The notes below the pieces were generated by a model. The model searched no databases and was not told the DNA's origin. It saw only the letters and a program-made list of their open reading frames with translations. A stretch of 64,000 nt of DNA. It comes from Verrucomicrobiia bacterium (GTDB lineage: Bacteria > Verrucomicrobiota > Verrucomicrobiia > Limisphaerales > UBA1319). The stretch is from assembly GCA_963664225.1 (NCBI GenBank), contig OY760937.1, positions 160,001 to 224,000 on the forward strand, read 5' to 3'. A program made the translations under genes and the position numbers. This document shows positions 34,583 through 44,045 of this stretch, one piece after another (within the stretch, counting starts at the first letter, position 1; the number at the start of each line of letters is the position of its first letter).

Positions 34583-35788
34583 TCAACCCTCCGCTTCGCC
34601 AACCGCTTCCACCAATTTGCGGACGGCCAGCTTGAATTCCTTGACGCCTTGATCGAACGCCGCCGACATTTCCAGCAATGGCGTTTTCGTGATCTTGCGC
34701 TTGAATTTCTTCAGTTTTTCAACAGCGACAGGCTCATCCATTTTATTGGCAATCACCAGGCGCGGACGTTCCAGCAGGGTAGGGTCGAACAATTCGAGCT
34801 CCTTGAGCAGATTGCGATAATCGTCCCACGGCTCACGCGCATCGGTTCCCGCCATATCGACCAAAACTACCAGCACCTTGCAGCGTTGGATATGCCGCAA
34901 AAAGGAATGTCCAAGGCCCAGATTCAGGTGCGCCCCTTCGATCAAACCCGGCACGTCACAGACTGTCAGACGCTTGAAATCCTCATATTCCATGATTCCC
35001 ACCTGCGGATGGAGCGTGGTGAACGGGTAGGAGGCAATTTTCGGCCGCGCCGCAGATACCGCCGTCAAAAGGGTCGATTTGCCCGCGTTGGGATAACCCA
35101 CCAGGCCGATCTCCGCCATGAGACGCAGTTCGAACAGGTAATTTCCTTCCTCGCCCGGTTCGCCCGGTTGCGCAAAACGCGGCGTTTGATAGCGCGCCGT
35201 CGCAAAATTCCGGTTTCCCAAACCGCCCCGGCCTCCCTTGCACAGCACAAACCGCTGACCATTTGTGGTCATGTCCACGACCAATTCCGCGCCTTCCTTG
35301 GAAATCGGTTGCTTGATCTTTTCCAAATCCGGTTCGTCTTCCAGGTTGATTTCGAGAGCCTGGCCCTGGTCCGCAACGGAACGATAAACGGCTTTCTTGG
35401 CACCGCTGCCCATGAAAGGCTTGGGCGGGTTCTCGCTGTCTTCGGATTCCTCCGATGCTGCGGATGCTTCGGCGGCTTCAGCCGGGTTGTCCGGCAGACG
35501 CCAGACAAGGGTCCCACACGGGACTTTCACGATAACGTCCTTCGCGGCCTTCCCATCCATGCCCTTTCCATGGCCGTTATCGCCGTTTTTCGCAATCAAT
35601 CGCGGCACATAGAATTGCGCGATGAGGTTGTTTAAATCGTGGCTGGCCTCCAAAATAACGTCGCCCCCCCGCGCGCCGTTTCCACCGCTGGGCCCCCCCT
35701 TGGGCCGGTAAGCTTCACGCAAAAAGGCAATGGCGCCGGCTCCGCCGTGGCCGGCGTGAGCAAAAATCTTGATTTCGTCAATAAACAC
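34583..35788 (-). CDS. obgE: GTPase Obg/CgtA
   Basis: FIDE start, GGPSGGNG, GYPNAGKST, YPFTTL, DVPGLIEG, NKMD. Confidence 0.95.
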   Translation of the reverse strand: MFIDEIKIFAHAGHGGAGAIAFLREAYRPKGGPSGGNGARGGDVILEASHDLNNLIAQFYVPRLIAKNGDNGHGKGMDGKAAKDVIVKVPCGTLVWRLPDNPAEAAEASAASEESEDSENPPKPFMGSGAKKAVYRSVADQGQALEINLEDEPDLEKIKQPISKEGAELVVDMTTNGQRFVLCKGGRGGLGNRNFATARYQTPRFAQPGEPGEEGNYLFELRLMAEIGLVGYPNAGKSTLLTAVSAARPKIASYPFTTLHPQVGIMEYEDFKRLTVCDVPGLIEGAHLNLGLGHSFLRHIQRCKVLVVLVDMAGTDAREPWDDYRNLLKELELFDPTLLERPRLVIANKMDEPVAVEKLKKFKRKITKTPLLEMSAAFDQGVKEFKLAVRKLVEAVGEAEG

Positions 35789-35806
35789 AGAGCAATCTCC
35801 AGAAAC

Positions 35807-35834
35807 AAAAAAGGCGAGGCCTGCGCCTCGCCTT
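35807..35834 (-). terminator. Intrinsic terminator between rpmA and obgE
   Basis: aaggcgaggc/gcctcgcctt stem + U-run on minus strand. Confidence 0.7.
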
Positions 35835-35852
35835 GAATGAAACCCACTTAAA

Positions 35853-36122
35853 TTAGTTTTGGGCGACGGCGACAGGAGGCGCCACCACAATATTGATCCG
35901 CTTGCTGTTCTTGTCGAAGAACACTTTGCCGTCCGCCAATGCGAACAGGGACCAGTCGCGGGCTGTGCCCACGTTTTTGCCGGCCACGAATTTGGTGCCG
36001 TGCTGGCGCACAATGATGCTACCCGCAGTGACAAATTCCCCGCCGAATGCTTTCACGCCCAAGCGCTGGCTATTACTGTCGCGCCCGTTGCGGCTACTAC
36101 CTTGACCTTTCTTATGTGCCAT
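35853..36122 (-). CDS. rpmA: 50S ribosomal protein L27
   Basis: [16 protein letters not shown]. Confidence 0.98.
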   Translation of the reverse strand: MAHKKGQGSSRNGRDSNSQRLGVKAFGGEFVTAGSIIVRQHGTKFVAGKNVGTARDWSLFALADGKVFFDKNSKRINIVVAPPVAVAQN

Positions 36123-36126
36123 ACTC

Positions 36127-36438
36127 TTAAGCCTTTATCTCTCTGATTTTGACCACTGTCAATTCCTGACGATGACCCACGGTGTGATGATAGCCTTTGC
36201 GCTTCTTCATCTTGAAGGCTTTCGTCTTGATGCCGCGCTTGTGTTCGATTACGTCGGCCACGACCACTGCGTTAAGCAATGTCGGTTTGCCAAAGGCAAC
36301 CTTGCCTTCGTCGTTCACCATGAGAACGCGGTCGAAATTCACCGGTTTCCCGGCTTCGATTTCAAGACGTTCCACTTCCAACGTGTCGCCTGCGACGACC
36401 CGATACTGTTTTGACCCGGTTTCTAAAACGGCGTACAT
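36127..36438 (-). CDS. rplU: 50S ribosomal protein L21
   Basis: [18 protein letters not shown]. Confidence 0.97.
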   Translation of the reverse strand: MYAVLETGSKQYRVVAGDTLEVERLEIEAGKPVNFDRVLMVNDEGKVAFGKPTLLNAVVVADVIEHKRGIKTKAFKMKKRKGYHHTVGHRQELTVVKIREIKA

Positions 36439-36568
36439 ACAAATCCTAGTAAAAAGGAGAGATATAAGACCACGCCAATGGCCTTGTGTCAACGGCGCAA
36501 TTATTTATTTTTTCATCAGACTCTCCACGATGCCCTAAAGCACCTTGCGCGTGACACTTGCAAAAATC

Positions 36569-36661
36569 TGGCGGAGAGGGGGGGATTCGAACCCCCGATA
36601 GGGATTTAGGCCCTATAACGGTTTAGCAAACCGTCGCCTTCAGCCACTCGGCCACCTCTCC
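36569..36661 (-). tRNA. tRNA-Ser(GCT)
   Basis: GGAGAGG/CCTCTCC acceptor, ACGGT TTGCTAA ACCGT anticodon arm, long variable arm, CCA. Confidence 0.96.
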
Positions 36662-36928
36662 AACCGCGACTTAAAATCATTCAGCCGGTCTTTTAAAACC
36701 CATTGCACAGCTTTTCTGCCACGTCGTTTGTTGGACAAGGATTGTAAGAATCCAAGGCCTTAACGGGCACAAGAGTCCGCAATGTTGCCGAACCTATTTA
36801 TTCTGACCGCGCCATAATATGTGACGGCCCACGGGAAAGGCAAGCGCGTTCGTAAAACTTTACATGGAGAAATCAACTAATGAGAAAATCCGTGCCATCC
36901 ACTCCAATCATCCGGCCCCAATTTCGAC

Positions 36929-36967
36929 AAAAAAAAGAGAGCCCGGCTTCGCAACCAGGCTCTCTTT
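36929..36967 (-). terminator. Intrinsic terminator after GH92
   Basis: aaagagagcc/ggctctcttt stem with A-run on + strand. Confidence 0.7.
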
Positions 36968-37002
36968 GCTTCCATATTATTGCAGGCAACGCCCGCCGTC
37001 CG

Positions 37003-39264
37003 TTATTTCACCATCACCGGACGGTCGGCCGGAGCGGATCCCCAATTCTTGTTGGGGGTCGGTCCCATGTTGAGGACGAGTTTGCCACCCGCCGTGATTT
37101 CATCCTGGGAAATCCAGCTATGGGTGAATGTCTTGCCATTCAACGTGGCGCTCTGAATATAAACGTTCGTCGGCGAGTTGTTTTTCGCCACGACGGTGAA
37201 GGAGCGGCCTTTGAAGAATTTGGGATCCAGCTTCAGCGTCACTTTGTCCACGAGCGGGCTGCTGATGATATAGACGTTGCTGGCGGGATCGACCGGGTAA
37301 AAGCCCAGCGTGGTGAAGGCATACCAGGCCGATGTCTGGCCGCAATCGTCATTGCCGCAAAGTCCCGCAGGGGTGTTGTCGTAGAGCGTTGAGGCCACCT
37401 GACGGGCGCGGGCCTGTGTCTTCCAGGGCTGTCCGGCATAATTATAGAGGTAGGAGACATGATGGCATGGCTCGTTGCCGTGGGCATACATGCCGATCAA
37501 CCCGGTGACGTCCGGCAGGAAGTTCGGAATCTTTTCCTTGGTTTCGAACAATTCATCGAGCTTGGCCACGAATTTCTCGTCGCCGCCCATTTTCTCGGCA
37601 AGACCCCAGACATCGTGCGGCACGAAGAAGGTGTATTGCCAGGCATTGGCTTCGGTGTATTCAGAGACAGAGATGCGGTTGGGATCAAACGGAGTCACCC
37701 ATTTGCGATCCGCATCGCGTCCGCGCATGAAGCCCGTCGAGGTGTCGAAAACGTTCTTCCAGTTGCTGGAACGCTTCGCATATTTTTCGGCCACATCGTT
37801 TTTGCCGAGCGCCCTGGCGAACCGCGCGATGCAGGCATCGTCATAGGCGTATTCGAGCACTTTGGCCACGGCCTGCACATCCTTTGCGGACGGGATATAG
37901 CCCAGCGTCCGGTAGGCATCCAGTTGTTCACGATCCTTTTCCACACTGGAGATCATGTCCGCGAGCGCTTCGTTCGCATCCCAGTCGCGGAAACCTTTGT
38001 TATAGGCGTCCACAATCACGGGAATGGCGTGGTTGCCGATCATGCACCAGGTTTCCTTGCCGCCTTCGGGCCAGACGGGCAGCGTCCCCTGGCCGAAATC
38101 CTTGAAGTGCGCGAGCATGGTTTTCACCAGGTCGTTCACCCGCTGCGGCTGCGTGAAGGTCATCAGAGGCTGCTCGGCGCGGAAGGTGTCCCACAGCGAG
38201 ATTTCCGTGTAGTAATTGAAACCGTTGGCCACATGAACCTTCTCATCCGCCCCACGGTATTGGCCGTCCACATCGTTCAACGTCGTCGGCGCCACATGGG
38301 AATGATACACCGCCGTGTAGAACGCCTCTTTCACCGCTTTGTCTTTGGTCTCTACCTGGGCGACCTCCAGCAGCTTGCTCCACTGGGTGCGCGCCGCTTT
38401 GGCCACGGCGTCGAAATTCCAATTCGGGACCTCTGCGGCCAGATTCTTGCGCGCGCCATCCACACTCACGGTGGACAGGGCCACGCGGCCCAGGACTCTC
38501 TCGCCCGCTTTCGTGGTGAAATCGAAGTGAACCTTCAGGTCACGCCCGCTGGCCTCTTTTTCCGCAATGTCCTTCTTGTCCTTTTGGATCACCGCCGCAT
38601 CGAAGGAGCGGGAAAATTCCGCAACAAAATAGAACACCTTGTTGCCGCCCCAGGCCGCGCTGCGACGAAATCCGCTGACGGTGTGGTCGTTTTCAACCGT
38701 CACCATCGCTTCGGTGGGCTGATTATCGATGCCGTGCCAGAGATCCAGAATGATGTGGGAGGCCGCGCTTTCCGGGAAAGTGTATCGGTGCATGCCCACG
38801 CGGGTCGTGGCGGTCAATTCCACGTTCACCTTGTAATCGGGCAGAAACACCTGGTAATACCCCGGCCGCGCCGATTCCTGCTCATGGGAGAACGAGGTGC
38901 GATAACCTTCGCCGGGTTTGTCGCCGGGGGACATTTTTAATTCACCCACCGTCGGCAGAAGAAGAATGTTTCCCAGGTCCGGGCAGCCGGTGCCGGTCAG
39001 GTGATTGTGGGAGAACCCATGCAAACTGGTGTCGGAATAGTGATAACCCGAACAGCCATCCCAGGTCGTGACACGGGTATCGGGTGAAAGCTGGACCATT
39101 CCGAACGGGACCGTGGCCCCCGGAAAAACGTGGCCATGTCCATCCGTTCCCAGCAACGGTTTTACATAGTCAACAGGTGCAGCGTTTAATGGGCTCATGC
39201 CGGCGCAACAAAGCCAGGCACTGAGCGCGCTCAGCAACATAACAGAATGTTTCTTGTGGTGCAT
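37003..39264 (-). CDS. GH92 alpha-1,2-mannosidase
   Basis: PGATVPFGMVQLSPDT, SLWDTFRA, HGNEP, GNDDCGQ. Confidence 0.93.
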   Translation of the reverse strand: MHHKKHSVMLLSALSAWLCCAGMSPLNAAPVDYVKPLLGTDGHGHVFPGATVPFGMVQLSPDTRVTTWDGCSGYHYSDTSLHGFSHNHLTGTGCPDLGNILLLPTVGELKMSPGDKPGEGYRTSFSHEQESARPGYYQVFLPDYKVNVELTATTRVGMHRYTFPESAASHIILDLWHGIDNQPTEAMVTVENDHTVSGFRRSAAWGGNKVFYFVAEFSRSFDAAVIQKDKKDIAEKEASGRDLKVHFDFTTKAGERVLGRVALSTVSVDGARKNLAAEVPNWNFDAVAKAARTQWSKLLEVAQVETKDKAVKEAFYTAVYHSHVAPTTLNDVDGQYRGADEKVHVANGFNYYTEISLWDTFRAEQPLMTFTQPQRVNDLVKTMLAHFKDFGQGTLPVWPEGGKETWCMIGNHAIPVIVDAYNKGFRDWDANEALADMISSVEKDREQLDAYRTLGYIPSAKDVQAVAKVLEYAYDDACIARFARALGKNDVAEKYAKRSSNWKNVFDTSTGFMRGRDADRKWVTPFDPNRISVSEYTEANAWQYTFFVPHDVWGLAEKMGGDEKFVAKLDELFETKEKIPNFLPDVTGLIGMYAHGNEPCHHVSYLYNYAGQPWKTQARARQVASTLYDNTPAGLCGNDDCGQTSAWYAFTTLGFYPVDPASNVYIISSPLVDKVTLKLDPKFFKGRSFTVVAKNNSPTNVYIQSATLNGKTFTHSWISQDEITAGGKLVLNMGPTPNKNWGSAPADRPVMVK

Positions 39265-39455
39265 GGTGCTGAGGATAGGGGCAAATGGGGGTTTTTCGCA
39301 AGTGCGGCATTTACCCGAAATCGGGGAGGCAGCCTGGTTTAAATTATGTAGCGTCGCGGCGGTTATTTTGGCCTCAAACGTTCATCCAATGCCGCGCCAT
39401 TGGCGCTTAAAAAATCAAAAGTCCCGGGATGGACCGGGAAATCTCGGTTCGGGAT

Positions 39456-39941
39456 TCAATTTTCGTGGGATGGCTTGGTCTTGGCGCAGTCAGGCGCGTC
39501 CAAGTCTCTTTTGTGAAAAATGGTAATTTGATAATCGACCATTTCCTCACAAAAATCCTCGTCAAAGCTTACAACAATCTTTCTGCCAGGAAAGTCTCGT
39601 GCGAGCTTGCTTGACCACATGTCCCGCAAAAGTCGTCCGAGATGCAGCACAACCTCTCTGGTTGGCTTGAACTCATTGCTCTGGAACAAGTCGAGAATGT
39701 GTCGATGATTCAGGACACCCTCCACCGCCGTGAGGTCGCCGCCGGTCTCCTTCATCCATTGGTCGATAGACTCGGTTCGGCAGTCAGCAAATAACACGCA
39801 CTCTTGATGAATCTTGAATTCAGGCCAGAAAATATGACCATAGGCAATCGCATGGTCGAACCGTCCCACTACTTCAATCCATGAATCAATGTCTGTATGC
39901 CACTGGCCCAACTCGGGAATCAAATGTTCGAAATTATTCAT
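39456..39941 (-). CDS. Hypothetical protein (possible cassette remnant)
   Basis: Lower-GC 161-aa ORF directly after an attC-like sequence. Confidence 0.6.
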   Translation of the reverse strand: MNNFEHLIPELGQWHTDIDSWIEVVGRFDHAIAYGHIFWPEFKIHQECVLFADCRTESIDQWMKETGGDLTAVEGVLNHRHILDLFQSNEFKPTREVVLHLGRLLRDMWSSKLARDFPGRKIVVSFDEDFCEEMVDYQITIFHKRDLDAPDCAKTKPSHEN

Positions 39942-39946
39942 AAGCT

Positions 39947-40414
39947 TCAGTGTGGTTTAATGACCAAGTCAGGGTTTGGGGTCGATGGCGTTTGATTCGT
40001 CTCCTTGCCAACCGGCCAACTCCTGTTCGTCGAACCGCTGGATTTGGACCCATAGCGATCTTTAAGATCATCGATGACCTCTTGTCCAACCACTTGGACG
40101 GTAAGATACACCGGGCGCGGCGGCAGCGTGCTCTCCATAAACGCCTTGAGTCTTTGTCGGTGTTCCTCTGACGGAACCATCCCAAAAGCTCCGAACAGGC
40201 CGTCACGTCCGGTCCAGGCGCCCAGGGTGACCATCTCGAAACCGGAATTCTGCCTCCTGAATGTATCCCACTGTGGAGTTATTTGTGCAATGTGAGATTG
40301 CACCTGCCGCATGTGGCGCAACTGGGAGCTAATAAAGGGTCTGAACGGAATCAAGGCTGCCAGGACCAATGCGATCAGCAGCAATATCTTTTCTCGTTGC
40401 GAGTATTTGCGCAT
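39947..40414 (-). CDS. Hypothetical membrane-anchored protein (possible cassette remnant)
   Basis: N-terminal TM; C-terminus runs into attC-like sequence. Confidence 0.55.
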   Translation of the reverse strand: MRKYSQREKILLLIALVLAALIPFRPFISSQLRHMRQVQSHIAQITPQWDTFRRQNSGFEMVTLGAWTGRDGLFGAFGMVPSEEHRQRLKAFMESTLPPRPVYLTVQVVGQEVIDDLKDRYGSKSSGSTNRSWPVGKETNQTPSTPNPDLVIKPH

Positions 40415-40640
40415 GTCAGCGAATTATAAGGAAATTACACCAATGCCCATCTGCCGATATGATATAAAACATCGTAAAGCATTTCAAGGAGTAATCCCAA
40501 TATCCTGCATCCATAAAACCAGTTTCGGAACCACGAGCCTCACGGTGCCAAATCGCCACCGCATACCAAAAACGGGCGGATGGTATGGCCCCTTTTTCCC
40601 GCTCTGGACGTTTCCAAAGAAACGCGGCAGACTGGGCTTC

Positions 40641-42170
40641 ATGAAAACCATTCTCCATCACGCGCTGGGTGCGTTGTTTCTTGCAGGCGCATTGACAACC
40701 GTTGCTGCGGTGGCGGCGGACCAGCCGCAGTTCGGCCAGCGCTACACGCGCAACATGGTGTCGGAGGAGACCGGCCTGCCTGATACTTTCGATCCCGCGT
40801 CCGGCAAAAATCTCAAATGGCAGGTTCCGCTGGGCACGGAATCCTATTCCACGCCGGTGATAGCCGGGGGACGCGTCTTCATTGGCACGAATAACGAATT
40901 GCCGCGCAATCCCAATCACAAAGGGGATCTGGGCGTTCTGCTGTGCCTGGACGAAAAGGATGGCCAGATGAAGTGGCAATCCCTGATTCCCAAGCGGGAA
41001 GGGGACATGTTCCTCGATTGGCCCCGTAGTGGCATGCCGTCCCCCGCCACGGTCGAGGGCAACCGCGTTTACATCAATAATAATCGCGGTGTGGTGATGT
41101 GCCTGGATATCGATGGCATGGCCAATGGCAACGACGGGCCTTTCAAGGACGAGGCTAAAATCATGGTGCATCCCGGCGAGGCCCCAACCACCGTGGACCC
41201 CACGGATGCCGATGTGCTCTGGACCTTCGATCTGACCGCGGAGGCGGGGATTCATTCCCATGACGGCGCGCATTCCTCGATCCTCGTTCACGGCGATTTT
41301 CTGTATCTGAACACCGGCAACGGCGTGGATAACACGCACCGGAAGATTCGCTCTCCTGAAGCGCCCAGCCTGGTGGTGCTGGACAAAAAGACGGGTCGCT
41401 GGCTGGCGCGCGACAACGAGCACATCGGCCCCACTATTTTCCATTCCACCTGGTCCTCCCCGGCCTTGGGCGAGGTCAATGGCAGGACGCTGATCTTTTT
41501 CTGCGGTGGAAATGGCGTCGTGTATGCGTTTGAACCGCTGAAGGAGGCCCCGCTCGAGGGCAAGGTCCTCAATCTGACCAAAGTCTGGCAGTTCGATTTC
41601 GATCCCACAGCGCCCAAGGAGGACGTTCACCGCTTTACAGGGAATCGCAAGGAAAGCCCCAGCAACATCAAGAGCATGCCCGTTTTCGATAAAAACCGCC
41701 TGTATGTCACCGGGGGCGGCGACGTGTGGTGGGGCAAGAACGAGGCCTGGCTGAAGTGCATCGATGCCACGGGTTCCGGCAACATCACGACCAACGGTCT
41801 GAAATGGTCGTATCCGCTGGAGCGCCACTGCATGGCCACGCCGACTGTTTACAATGGCATGGTGTTCGTCGGCGATTGCGCCGGCAAGATTCATTGCGTG
41901 GATGCGAACTCGGGCCGTCCCATTTGGGTGCATGACGGAGAGGGGGAGATCTGGAGTTCCGCGCTGGTGGCCGATGGCAAGGTCTATGTCGGCACGCGTG
42001 AGGGCACGCTGTGGACCTTGACCGCGTCCAGGGACAAGCAGGTTCTGGCCAAAGTGCAATTGGACGGCCCGATTAACGCAACACCCGTCGCCGCCAACGG
42101 CGTTCTTTACATCGCCACCATGAAACACCTTTACGCCGCCCGCAAAGACTCGGGAACTGTCCAACCGTAA
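40641..42170 (+). CDS. PQQ-like beta-propeller (BamB-type repeat) protein
   Basis: Signal peptide, NLKW, STPVIAGGRV, repeated SSP/ATP-V blades. Confidence 0.85.
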   Translation: MKTILHHALGALFLAGALTTVAAVAADQPQFGQRYTRNMVSEETGLPDTFDPASGKNLKWQVPLGTESYSTPVIAGGRVFIGTNNELPRNPNHKGDLGVLLCLDEKDGQMKWQSLIPKREGDMFLDWPRSGMPSPATVEGNRVYINNNRGVVMCLDIDGMANGNDGPFKDEAKIMVHPGEAPTTVDPTDADVLWTFDLTAEAGIHSHDGAHSSILVHGDFLYLNTGNGVDNTHRKIRSPEAPSLVVLDKKTGRWLARDNEHIGPTIFHSTWSSPALGEVNGRTLIFFCGGNGVVYAFEPLKEAPLEGKVLNLTKVWQFDFDPTAPKEDVHRFTGNRKESPSNIKSMPVFDKNRLYVTGGGDVWWGKNEAWLKCIDATGSGNITTNGLKWSYPLERHCMATPTVYNGMVFVGDCAGKIHCVDANSGRPIWVHDGEGEIWSSALVADGKVYVGTREGTLWTLTASRDKQVLAKVQLDGPINATPVAANGVLYIATMKHLYAARKDSGTVQP

Positions 42171-42245
42171 TCGACTTGCAGTCGCGAGCATTTTCCTTCC
42201 AAAAAAGCGTCGTTTCGCGCAAGGTCCAGCCCGCTGGAAACGATT

Positions 42246-43187
42246 ATGGAAATGAACGCAAATTCACGGGTGTTTGTGGCGGGGCATCGCGGCCTGGTGG
42301 GCGGCGCCATCTGGCGGGCGTTGCAAGGTCGGGGTTTCAAGAACTTGATGGGCCGGACGCGCGCGGAATTGGACCTCATGGACACCGTGGCGGTGCGCCA
42401 TTTCTATGCGACCGAGAAACCCGAATACGTCTTTGTGGCCGCCGCGAAGGTGGGGGGCATTCACGCCAATTCCACGCAACCGGCTTCGTTTCTCTTCGAG
42501 AATCTCCAGATCCAGAACAACCTGATTCACGAGGCCTGGAAGGCGGGCGTGAAAAAACTCCTTTTCCTGGGCAGTTCCTGCATTTACCCCAAGCTGGCCC
42601 CGCAGCCCCTTCATGAAGACGCGTTGCTGAGCGGACCCCTCGAGCCGACCAATGAATGGTATGCCATCGCCAAGATTGCGGGCATTAAAATGTGCCAGGC
42701 CTATCGCCGTCAGTATCAGGCCGATTTCATCAGCGCCATGCCCACAAACATGTATGGGCCCGGTGATAATTACGACCTGAACACCTCGCATGTGCTCCCG
42801 GCCCTGATTCACAAATTTCATGCTGCGAAAGCCTCCAAGGCGCCCCATGTGGTTTGCTGGGGTTCCGGGACTCCCCTGCGGGAATTTCTCCACTCTGACG
42901 ATCTGGCCCGGGCCTGCGTGTTTCTAATGGAACACTACAGCGAGGAAAACTTCATCAACGTCGGTTCCGGCGTGGAAATCACCATTCGCGGCCTGGCCGA
43001 ATTGGTCCGCGATGTGGTGGGGTATCAGGGCGACATTGTCTGGGACGCCTCCAAACCGGACGGCACGCCCCGCAAATTGATGGACAGTTCCCGTCTGTTC
43101 GCCCTCGGATGGAAGCCGCAGATCGACCTGCCAACGGGCATTCGCATGGCCTACGCCGACTTCCTGAAAAACGACGGCCGCCGATAA
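42246..43187 (+). CDS. fcl: GDP-L-fucose synthase
   Basis: AGHRGLVG, AAAKVGGI, GSSCIYP, YAIAK, KPDGTPRK. Confidence 0.95.
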   Translation: MEMNANSRVFVAGHRGLVGGAIWRALQGRGFKNLMGRTRAELDLMDTVAVRHFYATEKPEYVFVAAAKVGGIHANSTQPASFLFENLQIQNNLIHEAWKAGVKKLLFLGSSCIYPKLAPQPLHEDALLSGPLEPTNEWYAIAKIAGIKMCQAYRRQYQADFISAMPTNMYGPGDNYDLNTSHVLPALIHKFHAAKASKAPHVVCWGSGTPLREFLHSDDLARACVFLMEHYSEENFINVGSGVEITIRGLAELVRDVVGYQGDIVWDASKPDGTPRKLMDSSRLFALGWKPQIDLPTGIRMAYADFLKNDGRR

Positions 43188-43229
43188 AAATCGCTGCCTC
43201 ACGGTTTGGCATCCCATCGTGACTCCAGC

Positions 43230-43735
43230 AAGGTAGGGCGATCAGTCCCCTGAGCGCCTCCCGCTCTTTTCCATGTGATCCTTGATTTCCATGCGGTTTA
43301 ATATTCTTTTCCGCTCTCCCGCCCTAAACTTGAATTGCCACAATCTAGGCGAATAATCCGAGCGCGCATGTCTTCCCTCCCGCCCTGCGAGTGGCTTAAG
43401 AAAGGTAGGGCGATCAGTCCCCTGAGCGCCGCCCGTTCCTTTCCATGTGATCTTTGATTTCCATGCGGTTAAATATTCTTTTCCGCTCTCCCGCCCTAAA
43501 CTTGAATTGCCACGAACCAGGCGAATAACCTGAGCGCATATGTCTTCTCTCCCGCCCTGCGAGTGGCTTAAGAAAGGTAGGGCGATCAGTCCCCTGAGCG
43601 CCGCCCGTTCCTTTCCATGTGATCTTTGATTTCCATGCGGTTAAAAATTCTTTTCCCGCGCTCCCGCCTTAAACCTGAATTGCCACGAACCAGGCGAATA
43701 ACCTGAGCGCGCATGTCTTCCCTCCCGCCCCGCGA
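43230..43735 (+). repeat. Three tandem 172-bp units, each headed by a GTAG REP variant
   Basis: aaggtagggcgatcagtcccctgagcgcc at 43230, 43402, 43574. Confidence 0.9.
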
Positions 43736-43796
43736 GGCACGAGCGGGGAGTTGGAGGGAGGGGTTTCCAGAAGATTTCTACCATTCATCGATGCAT

Positions 43797-43924
43797 CGGA
43801 CGCCTTTCCCGTGCGCGGTTTGAGCATTGCAGCGCCGCGACCGGACCGTTTGGACAAGTTCATCAAGTTCGTCGATGAAGAACTCGCGCCTCGAGGTGTG
43901 AACACCCTGATTCTCCGGGTGGAT
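43797..43924 (+). pseudogene. 128-bp fragment duplicating 46171-46298 of the GH20-like gene
   Basis: 121/128 identical by manual alignment; encoded peptide identical. Confidence 0.85.
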
Positions 43925-44045
43925 CGAAATCGAGCTGAGTAGTTGCCTCCCAGTTGGGATTCTGCCGGCGGCTGGCTGGTCCCGGTTATTTTCAGGTAGC
44001 GTGCGGCGGTCAGGGTGAAGGAGAAGCTTTTCGCCCCGGCGCCGG

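Noticed and set aside
35290..35500. Intein in Obg
   Set aside because: Too short, no C/S start or HN-C/S/T end motifs
36569..40414. tRNA-anchored genomic island (also tRNA-Gln at 18874)
   Set aside because: No integrase and no duplicated tRNA 3' end found
43230..43735. Possible CRISPR array
   Set aside because: Whole 172-bp units repeat; no unique spacers; no cas genes
43797..43924. DGR template/variable repeat pair
   Set aside because: Differences are not adenine-specific, are all synonymous, lie at the gene 5' end, and there is no reverse transcriptase
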